Positions 38,356 to 45,826 of a DNA stretch of 50,601 nucleotides are shown here, in pieces. A model generated the notes under the pieces. That model did not search any database and was not told the DNA's origin. It saw nothing but the letters and a program-made list of their open reading frames with translations. Source of the stretch: Gemmatimonadaceae bacterium (GTDB lineage: Bacteria; Gemmatimonadota; Gemmatimonadetes; Gemmatimonadales; Gemmatimonadaceae); NCBI GenBank assembly GCA_040902005.1, contig JBBDYA010000088.1:1-50601 (forward strand), written 5' to 3'. The position numbers and the translations under genes are program-made. Position 1 is the stretch's first letter. Each line of letters begins with the position of its first letter.

Positions 38356-40076
38356 GCGCGCCGCCGCCGCGCGAACGCAGTCACACCCGACGCGTCTCGC
38401 GTATTGAGCACGTCGCCCGCCTCGAGCCATCCCTTGCGCGCCATGGACACGCCGAGGTCGGTCCATGCCAGGGCCGCGCGCGAGTGCGCGTCGGGACCGA
38501 TCGCCACCTGCACGCCGAGCGTTTTCGCGCGCTGGAGGTGCCGCCAGTCGAGGTCCAGGCGGTGTGGGTCGGCGTTGACCTCCACCGCCACGCCGACCGC
38601 CGCGGCCTTTTCAAGGACCGCGTCCACGTCCAGCGCGTAGGGTGCCCGCGAGAGCAGCAGCCGTCCGGTGGGGTGCGCGAGAATCGTCATGTGCGGGTCA
38701 TCCATGGCGTGGAGCACACGCTCGGTCATGGCGGCGCCCTCCATCTGGAAGCGTGAATGAATGGATGCGATCACGTAGTCGAAGCGGCCGAGAAGCTCTG
38801 CATCGTAATCCAGTCGCCCGTCGGCGAGAATGTCCGCCTCCACCCCCTTCAGCACGCGGAATCCCTTCAGGGTGGCATTGAGCGCGTCGATCTCGTCGTG
38901 CTGCGCCAGCATGTCCTCCCGCGAAACGCCCGACGCGTAGAAGGCGGCCTGCGAGTGATCCGAGATGCCGAGGTAACTCCACCCTCGCTCGCGCGCGCCC
39001 TCCGCCATCTCCGCGATGGTGGCTTTGCCGTCCGAGTAGAGGGAATGACAATGCAGTACGCCTCGCAGGTCCGACGGCTCGATCAGGCGCGGCAGCGTGC
39101 CCGCCGCTGCGGCCTCCACCTCGCCACGCGCCTCGCGCAGCTCCGGCGGCACCCACGCGAGCTCCGCCGCGGCGTACAGCGCGTGCTCCTCAGGAACGGG
39201 AATCGGGCGGTCCGACGCATCGACGAGTGCATCGTCCGAGAGGCGCACGCCACGCTGGCGCAGCCGATCGCTCACCGCGGCGACGTGTTCGGCGCTTCCC
39301 GTGGCGCGCCAGAGCGCCACGGGGAAGGCGTCCGGCGCGACGCAGTGCAAGTCGAGCTTCGCGCCATCCATGAACCGGAGCGCGACGGAGGCGCCGGAAC
39401 CGGTTGACGACCGCAGGCCTGGACCGTGCGCGAAGGACTGCGCCACGGCCACCGGGTCGCGGTCGCACTGGGCAACGATGTCCACGTCGGCCACGACCTC
39501 GCGCAGTCGCCGCAGCGATCCCGCGATCTCCGCGCGCGTGACCTGGGGGTGCGCGCGGACCGTGGCCAGCAGTCCGTTCGCCTGAGCGGCGGCGTTCGGG
39601 TGCAGGGTGAGCGTGCCGGCATCTCGCAGGAACGCGATGCCGGCGAGAATCTTCTGCGTGGACTTCGGGCCCAGTCCCTTGATGCGGGAGAGGCGCTTGT
39701 CGCGCGCGGCGAGCTCCAGTTCCTCGAGCGATGAAATGCCGAGTTCGCGGTGCAGTGTGAGGATCTTCTCAGTGCCGAGTCCCGGCACGCGCATGAGGTC
39801 GAGCAACCCTTCGGGCGTGGCCTGTCGCAGCGCGTCGAAGAGGCGGGATTCCCCGGTGTCCACGAGGTCCTGAACGACGGCGAGCGTGGCGGGGCCGAGC
39901 CCGCGAAGGTTCGCCAGGTCGCCGGAGCGCAACAGCGGCGCGAGATCATCCGCGGCAATCGTCGTCAGTGCGCGCGCGGCGGCCTGGTAGGCGCGGACCT
40001 TGAACGGATTCTCTCCGCGCAGCTCGAGCAACGCCGCGATTTGCGCCAGCACGTGCGCGGCCGTGCGGGAGTCCAT
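38352..40076 (-). CDS. polX: DNA polymerase X with C-terminal PHP domain
   Basis: ENPFKVRAY, HhH motifs, AGSLRR...DVD, PPELRE, PHP motifs HCHS..SDG, SDHS, AHPTGR, GPDAH. Confidence 0.93.
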   Translation of the reverse strand: MDSRTAAHVLAQIAALLELRGENPFKVRAYQAAARALTTIAADDLAPLLRSGDLANLRGLGPATLAVVQDLVDTGESRLFDALRQATPEGLLDLMRVPGLGTEKILTLHRELGISSLEELELAARDKRLSRIKGLGPKSTQKILAGIAFLRDAGTLTLHPNAAAQANGLLATVRAHPQVTRAEIAGSLRRLREVVADVDIVAQCDRDPVAVAQSFAHGPGLRSSTGSGASVALRFMDGAKLDLHCVAPDAFPVALWRATGSAEHVAAVSDRLRQRGVRLSDDALVDASDRPIPVPEEHALYAAAELAWVPPELREARGEVEAAAAGTLPRLIEPSDLRGVLHCHSLYSDGKATIAEMAEGARERGWSYLGISDHSQAAFYASGVSREDMLAQHDEIDALNATLKGFRVLKGVEADILADGRLDYDAELLGRFDYVIASIHSRFQMEGAAMTERVLHAMDDPHMTILAHPTGRLLLSRAPYALDVDAVLEKAAAVGVAVEVNADPHRLDLDWRHLQRAKTLGVQVAIGPDAHSRAALAWTDLGVSMARKGWLEAGDVLNTRDASGVTAFARRRRA

Positions 40077-40077
40077 C

Positions 40078-40548
40078 TCACGCCTCGTGCGTCGTGTCCC
40101 CTTCGAGTCCCGCGACGTGCCGCAGCAGGTCCACCAGCTCGTGCAGCTGTTTCTCCGTGATCTCCATTTCCTGCGCGGCGCCGTCGGCATCCAGAAGACC
40201 CGCCCGCATGGAAATCGAGACCTGGTTGAGGTAGCGGATCTTCGAGATGACGTCTTCCGTGGCGCGGCGCAATTCGAAGTACCGGCGCCGTTCGGACACC
40301 GCGCGGCGATAGCGGAGCGCCAGTTCCGGAGGCGTGAGCCGCCGCGCGAGCGCCAGCACCTCATCGCGGTTCCGGCCGGGCAGGCCACCGCGATCGGGAA
40401 TCTGCGAGTCCGCGACCGCGACGTCTGCGAACCAGAGGCGACCCACGTACTCGATACCATCGAACACGATCCGGCAGGACACGTCGAGCTGACGCGCGTC
40501 GTGCTCGATGGTCGCGATGTGCGGCTGAGTGGTGTCGTGAAGGGCCAT
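40078..40548 (-). CDS. Hypothetical protein (156 aa)
   Basis: Protein-like ORF ending 1 bp before the polX start. Confidence 0.75.
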   Translation of the reverse strand: MALHDTTQPHIATIEHDARQLDVSCRIVFDGIEYVGRLWFADVAVADSQIPDRGGLPGRNRDEVLALARRLTPPELALRYRRAVSERRRYFELRRATEDVISKIRYLNQVSISMRAGLLDADGAAQEMEITEKQLHELVDLLRHVAGLEGDTTHEA

Positions 40549-40595
40549 GCGGGGGGGGGGATCGCCGTTCGTTTGGACGCTGACTGCCGACCAGG

Positions 40596-41480
40596 TCAGG
40601 TGGAGAGAAACGCGTCGATTCGGGAAAAGAGCGCCGCCGGCTGCTCGACGTATGGAACGTGGCCGCAATCCTCAAGGATAGCCAGTTCCGCGTGCATCGC
40701 CCGGGCCGCCGCTTCCGAAGACGCGAGCGGGATCGGGTCCTGCCGCCCATGCAGAATCAGCGCCGGCAACTCGATCGCCGCCAGCGTACCGTCGCGCACC
40801 AGATCGAAGTCGCCCAGACTCTCCCACACAGACCGTTGTACGCGGGCCGCGACGCGAAACGGCGTGAGGTCCCTGGCGGAGCGGGGATCATGGAAGTATC
40901 CCGCGACGCTCAGCTCGAAGTTCCGATGCCGAAACGCCGCGGGATCGGATTCGCGCAGGCCGGAGTCCGCAAGCTCCTGGCGCAGTTGCACCACGTCGGC
41001 GCCGTGCTGACGCCGGGCAAAGTCCTCCTCGAACCGCGCGCGATGTGCCCGGGTGACTGGCGCCGGATCGATGAGCACGAGTGCGCCCGGGCGCGGGAGG
41101 GATGCATCCCTGGCCGCCTCGCCTGCATAGAGCATCGCCAGGAGGCCACCCCAGGAATAGCCCACGATGATCGGCCGCTCGAGACCGAATTCCGCGATGA
41201 CCGCGCCGGCGTCGGCAACCTGCGTGCGCCACGTGATCGGTTCGCGGCCGGCATCGCGGGAGCGACCGCCGCCGCGCTGATCGTAGAACAACAGCTCCCG
41301 GCCACCCGCGGTGCCCGCCAGCTCCAGCATCTGCGGCAGCAGGTAATCGTGATGCGCGCCCGGTCCGCCGTGCAGCACCAGGAGACGGGGCGCGCCAGGG
41401 CGGCCGTAGGCGCACCAGTACAACGGGCTGCCCGTGGTGGTGGTACTGCCGGACGAATCGGGGGGTGGAATCGGCGGCAT
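40596..41480 (-). CDS. Alpha/beta hydrolase, proline iminopeptidase-like
   Basis: LHGGPG, YDQRGGGRS, GYSWGG nucleophile elbow, HGRQD, CGHVP. Confidence 0.9.
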   Translation of the reverse strand: MPPIPPPDSSGSTTTTGSPLYWCAYGRPGAPRLLVLHGGPGAHHDYLLPQMLELAGTAGGRELLFYDQRGGGRSRDAGREPITWRTQVADAGAVIAEFGLERPIIVGYSWGGLLAMLYAGEAARDASLPRPGALVLIDPAPVTRAHRARFEEDFARRQHGADVVQLRQELADSGLRESDPAAFRHRNFELSVAGYFHDPRSARDLTPFRVAARVQRSVWESLGDFDLVRDGTLAAIELPALILHGRQDPIPLASSEAAARAMHAELAILEDCGHVPYVEQPAALFSRIDAFLST

Positions 41481-41483
41481 GTT

Positions 41484-41546
41484 TCAGCCGTGCCGGAACG
41501 CCACCAACCGGAGCGTGACGGCACCGCCCACGTATCGATTGCGCAT
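41484..41546 (-). CDS. Candidate 20-aa leaderless upstream ORF MRNRYVGGAVTLRLVAFRHG
   Basis: TAGACT -10 box 7 nt before the ATG; TGA ends 3 nt before the hydrolase ATG. Confidence 0.4.
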   Translation of the reverse strand: MRNRYVGGAVTLRLVAFRHG

Positions 41547-41664
41547 GGCCTGTAGTCTAACCGCGGCCGTGGCGAGCCCGGAGCCGCGCTCCTAGTTTCC
41601 GTCGAGACGCCGGATGCTCCCCGCCCACGGGCGTCTGCCGACGACGGGGTCCCCAGCGCCCTCC

Positions 41665-43173
41665 ATGGATCATTCAGCGACCTTCGCGCGCCACTTTGCC
41701 CGGCTCGTCTGGCTGCTCATCAACGAAGTCGGCAGCGTGGATGAGCAGAAGATGTCGCTGCGCGCCCTGGTGACGGTGAGCCGGGGTGGACCGGTCACGC
41801 TGCTGGTGCACGAGCTGCATCTGCTCGCCAACGACCAGCTCGTGCCGGGGGCGCTGACAGGCGTGCGGGATGTTGCGTCCCAGATGACGGCGCATTCTGT
41901 CGAGAGGATTCAGCTCGACGCGAACTCCAGGGCGGCGGACATCCTCGGCCTGGCGCGGATCCTCGCCGCCACAGCGGCCACGGGCGATGGCGGTGCGCAG
42001 GCAACGCAGAAGCTCGCGGCCCTGTCCGCGAAGACGATTACCGCCGTGATGGTCGCACCCGCCGCCCCACCCCCGGTCGCGCCGGCTCCTGCACCGGCGG
42101 AGGCCTCGCGCGAACGCGAACCCTCTCGCGCGGCCGCGGCGGAAGCGATCACGCTGGTGACGCCGATCGGCGCCGGCGATGTCACGAGGCTCAGTCCCGA
42201 GGAGCTGTTCGCGGCGCTCGCCAACGCCCGGGACGTGGACGGGGTCACCAGGGCACTGGACGATCTCGTCACGCTGGCGGAGCACTCCGTGCGGATCGCC
42301 AAGGCGCCGGTGGTGGGCACGATCTTTCACGAGATCGTGTCCCGCGACAAGACGCTGCCGGACGGGGAGATCAAGCGCGCGTACGTGATGGCCATCAGGC
42401 GACTGTCGAAGCCGACGCTCCTGCGCGCGGTGGCCTCGATGATTCCCAGGAAACCGGAGCGACGGCAGCAGTATTACGAGGTGCTCGCCCGCACCGGGGA
42501 GGAAGGCGCCGACGCCTTGATCGAGCAGATCACGCAGGCGCCGACCGCGGCCGACCGCGTCATGCTCATGGAGGTGCTGACGGTGCTGGACGACGCGGTG
42601 CCGGCGCTCGTGCGCATGCTCGGCGACTCGCGGTGGTTCGTCGTGCGCAACGCCACCGACCTCCTGGGAGAGATGGGCGCCGTGCAGGCGGAGGGTCCGC
42701 TCATCGCGCTGCTGCGCCATGCCGACGACCGCGTGCGCCGCTCAGTGACCGGCGCCCTCATGAAGCTCGGCACCCCGGACGCGCTGCGCGGCATCTACGA
42801 CGCCGTGCACGACGCGTCCCCCGAGGTGCGGATGCAGGTCGCGGCCGCGATCGCGAATCGCAAGGACAGCAAGACGTCGACGACGCTGATCCGCGCCGTG
42901 GACGAGGAGGCCGATGGCGACGTGCAGCTCGTGATGATCGCCGCGCTCGGCCGCGTCGCCACCAACGACGCCGTGCAGAAGCTCGTCAAGATCGCCGAAC
43001 CCGAGGGCCGGCTGTTCCGGAAGAAGGACACCAGCCTTCGGGTGGCCGCCATCCAGGCGCTCGGGGAGGCCAGAACGCCGGCGGCCATTGCCGCGCTGCG
43101 TGAGTTCGTGGGCGACAAGGAGCGCGAGGTGCGCGACACTGCCGGCCGGGCGCTGGCGCACGCAGGCCGATAG
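41665..43173 (+). CDS. HEAT-repeat (PBS-lyase-like) protein
   Basis: Repeats LGDSRWFVVRNA..LLG, DDRVRRS, SPEVRMQ, EREVRD; start 41665 or 41614. Confidence 0.85.
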   Translation: MDHSATFARHFARLVWLLINEVGSVDEQKMSLRALVTVSRGGPVTLLVHELHLLANDQLVPGALTGVRDVASQMTAHSVERIQLDANSRAADILGLARILAATAATGDGGAQATQKLAALSAKTITAVMVAPAAPPPVAPAPAPAEASREREPSRAAAAEAITLVTPIGAGDVTRLSPEELFAALANARDVDGVTRALDDLVTLAEHSVRIAKAPVVGTIFHEIVSRDKTLPDGEIKRAYVMAIRRLSKPTLLRAVASMIPRKPERRQQYYEVLARTGEEGADALIEQITQAPTAADRVMLMEVLTVLDDAVPALVRMLGDSRWFVVRNATDLLGEMGAVQAEGPLIALLRHADDRVRRSVTGALMKLGTPDALRGIYDAVHDASPEVRMQVAAAIANRKDSKTSTTLIRAVDEEADGDVQLVMIAALGRVATNDAVQKLVKIAEPEGRLFRKKDTSLRVAAIQALGEARTPAAIAALREFVGDKEREVRDTAGRALAHAGR

Positions 43174-43191
43174 GGAGGATCCCCAGGACGG

Positions 43192-44262
43192 CTACCGGGC
43201 CGTGAAGTCGGTCGAGTCGTCCACCATGCGGCACAACTCCGCGATCAATTCCGCGGTGTGATGTACGTCTTCCAGACTCACCATCTCGTTGGGCGAGTGC
43301 ATGTAGCGACTGGGGATGGACACCAGCGCGGTGGCGACCCCTTCCTGCGCGATGTGGATCGCGTCCGCGTTCGTGGACGTATCGCGACCCACCGCGTGCA
43401 CGCTGAACGGGATGTCCCGCGCGCGCGCGGCGGCTCGCAACAGCTCGAAGAGCACGGGCGAGAGCAGGGCGCCCCGTGCGAGCACCGGACCCCCGCCGAG
43501 GCGATGGTCGCCGATCTCCTTCTTCTCAATGTTCGGGTGATCGGTGGCATGGGTGACGTCCACCACGATCGCCATGCGTGGGCGGATTGAATTCGCGGCG
43601 ACGAGTGCGCCGCCGCCCGTCCAGGCGATTTCCTCCTGCGTGGTGGCCGCTGCCACGACGCGGGCGGTTCCAGGCCTGGCCGCGTATCGGCGAAGCGCCT
43701 CGAGCGCAGCGAACGCGCCGATGCGGTCGTCGATCGAGCGCGAGACGATCTTGTTGCCCGGAAAATCGTGCGCACGCGAGTCGATGACGCCTGGATCACC
43801 GACCGAGAGTCGCGCCTCGGCGTCCCCGCGACCGCTGGCCCCGATGTCCACCCACAGGTCCGTGAACTTCGCCGCCTGTTCGCGATCGGCCGTCTTGACG
43901 AGGTGGACCGGCTTGCGCCCGACCACGCCGATCACCTCGCCTGGCGAAGCGAGGAACCGGATCCGTTGCCCCACGAGGACCTGCGGGTCCCAGCCGCCGA
44001 TGGGGGCGATGTACAGATAGCCCTCGTCGTCGATGTATTGCACGATGACACCGATCTCGTCGATGTGTCCATCGATCAGGATCGTCGGACTGCCGCCCGG
44101 ATTAACCTCCGCCATGCTGTTTCCGGCCACATCAGTGGTCACCCGGTCCGCAAACGTCGCGGCCTCGGCACGCCAGCAGCGCGCGGCCAGCGTCTCGAAT
44201 CCGGACGGCGCCGGTGCGTCCAGGAGGCGCTTCAGAAAGGCGACGGCGTCGGTGCTCAACAT
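43192..44262 (-). CDS. M42-family metallo-aminopeptidase
   Basis: PSGFE, GHIDEIG, IGGWD, SIDDRIG, QEEI, VDVTHA, RYMHSPNE. Confidence 0.93.
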   Translation of the reverse strand: MLSTDAVAFLKRLLDAPAPSGFETLAARCWRAEAATFADRVTTDVAGNSMAEVNPGGSPTILIDGHIDEIGVIVQYIDDEGYLYIAPIGGWDPQVLVGQRIRFLASPGEVIGVVGRKPVHLVKTADREQAAKFTDLWVDIGASGRGDAEARLSVGDPGVIDSRAHDFPGNKIVSRSIDDRIGAFAALEALRRYAARPGTARVVAAATTQEEIAWTGGGALVAANSIRPRMAIVVDVTHATDHPNIEKKEIGDHRLGGGPVLARGALLSPVLFELLRAAARARDIPFSVHAVGRDTSTNADAIHIAQEGVATALVSIPSRYMHSPNEMVSLEDVHHTAELIAELCRMVDDSTDFTAR

Positions 44263-44266
44263 GCGG

Positions 44267-44683
44267 TCACCGTTCTTCGGGTATCGGGAACACGACAAAA
44301 CTGAACAGGAAGAGTATGACGCCCGCGACGTACCAGCGCGCGTCGTCGGTGAGCGCGTAATAGGCAATGCCGTACCACGCGAACATCTGGCCGAACAACC
44401 ACCCCTCCAGCACTTGAGGAAGGCGCGCCGTTTCCCGGCGTCGCCGCGACAACCGCCCGTGCCACACCTTGATGTCGATGATCTGTATCAGGGCGTACAA
44501 CCAGGTCATCGCGCCGAGCGCGCGGAGCTTGCCGACGAGATGTGTGCCCTGCGGCACCAATCCCAGGGAGAACGCCGCCCAGATTGTGAGACCCACGAAC
44601 AGCGTTAAGCCCAGCAGGATGGACCTAACCTGCGGAAGACGTCCTGGGGTCAACCATGATGTTCCGGAAAACGTTGTCGTCAA
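44267..44683 (-). CDS. Hypothetical membrane protein (about 4 TM)
   Basis: Four hydrophobic segments; start uncertain. Confidence 0.6.
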   Translation of the reverse strand: MTTTFSGTSWLTPGRLPQVRSILLGLTLFVGLTIWAAFSLGLVPQGTHLVGKLRALGAMTWLYALIQIIDIKVWHGRLSRRRRETARLPQVLEGWLFGQMFAWYGIAYYALTDDARWYVAGVILFLFSFVVFPIPEER

Positions 44684-44853
44684 ATGAGTTAGCTCGTTAT
44701 CAAAAGATGCCGACCCCTGTGTGATGCGGGTTACCGCTTGGGCGGCCCATCCCGCGCAAATTGTTGCCCGTAGCGATTGCCTCGCCTTCCCCCTAGCTTA
44801 ACGGACGACAAAAGATGTCTAAGAAGACAGTCAAGCCAACCGACGAAGGTCAA

Positions 44854-45141
44854 ATGACTATCAAGCGCGTACTATTCCTGGGTGGTGCACTGCTGGTGCT
44901 CGCCGCCTGCAGCGACAGCGTGGCCCCGAACGCCGGCGCCAGAGCCGGTGGCGAAGTGTCATTCGCGAAAGCCAAGAAAGATACGACGACGACGACCACC
45001 ACGACCACCACGACCACCACGACCAACACGACCACCACAACGACTGAAGACGAAGGCGAGACGACTTGCCGGTCGGGTTACGTCATCGTTTCCGGCCGCT
45101 CCGACAGCACCTGCGCGGATGGCGAGGGCGAGGGTCAGTAA
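44854..45141 (+). CDS. Small lipoprotein with poly-Thr stalk and Cys-flanked SGYVIVSGR motif
   Basis: GAAGG RBS before ATG 44854; lipobox VLAAC; own terminator downstream. Confidence 0.8.
   Translation: MTIKRVLFLGGALLVLAACSDSVAPNAGARAGGEVSFAKAKKDTTTTTTTTTTTTTTNTTTTTTEDEGETTCRSGYVIVSGRSDSTCADGEGEGQ
44983..45045 (+). repeat. ACG/ACC codon repeat (9-bp unit ACCACCACG) encoding T14-N-T6
   Basis: Read directly. Confidence 0.9.
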
Positions 45142-45159
45142 GCAGCAGCAACAGGTTCG

Positions 45160-45192
45160 AATGACCGCCGCGACGATCGCGGCGGTCATTTT
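45160..45192 (+). terminator. Intrinsic terminator, probably bidirectional
   Basis: AATGACCGCCGCGA-CGA-TCGCGGCGGTCATT-TT, 14-bp perfect stem. Confidence 0.8.
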
Positions 45193-45213
45193 CGTTGTCC
45201 GATGGCGAGCGCG

Positions 45214-45795
45214 TCAGGGGCGCGGCAGCAACTCGACCAGCTGGTAGGCCCCTGCCCATGCGCGCGGTTCGCTCGCGATCGTCGACTTGATTGCCTTGGC
45301 GACCGCGCTGAGCGCCTCGGATTCCACGAGCGGTATGGACACGCCGGCGGTGACTCCGAAGAGCCTCGGGTAGCTGAGTGCCTGCGGCGACGTGACCAGC
45401 AGGAGGAAGGTGGGTGTCTCCGGAGGGATCGCCGAGAGTCCCAGGCGCGTGCGGGCACGAATTCGTTCACTTCCCGGCTGGCGGTTGGTGGTGTCGCGAC
45501 GGATGAGCAGATCCGGAATCGCGAAGTCGAGACGGTGCGTGCCGGACGCCAACCGGTTCTCCGTCGTGGAGTCCGGGTAGAGCAACGTGGCACTGTGCCC
45601 GGGTGCCACGAGCACCAGCGCCACGAATGACTGCTCCTGGAGTTGCACGACTGCGTAGCGCGGAGGAGAGCCGGTATCGACCTCCAGAATGCGCGGCTCG
45701 TGGGCAGATCCCTCGCCAAGCGTACCGACCCGCGGCGTGCTGGCGCACGCGAGGCCCACGAGACCGATTACGATGGTGGCAACACGAATTCGCAC
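45214..45795 (-). CDS. Hypothetical lipoprotein
   Basis: GTG start, lipobox GLAC; beta-rich VALVLVAPG..ATLLYP segment loosely recalls DUF4384. Confidence 0.65.
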   Translation of the reverse strand: MRIRVATIVIGLVGLACASTPRVGTLGEGSAHEPRILEVDTGSPPRYAVVQLQEQSFVALVLVAPGHSATLLYPDSTTENRLASGTHRLDFAIPDLLIRRDTTNRQPGSERIRARTRLGLSAIPPETPTFLLLVTSPQALSYPRLFGVTAGVSIPLVESEALSAVAKAIKSTIASEPRAWAGAYQLVELLPRP

Positions 45796-45826
45796 GCATT
45801 CCCTCACAGTGCTACCGTACAAGACC

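Noticed and set aside
40551..40560. G10 tract (similar G-runs near 20005 and 25475) as phase-variation switches
   Set aside because: No frameshifted gene is associated and G/C runs are common at this GC content; cannot be supported without reads
44700..44853. Sigma-54 promoter for the small SGY lipoprotein
   Set aside because: Both TTGC sites lack GG at the required spacing; only a weak TAGCTT -10-like box at 44794-44799 was seen
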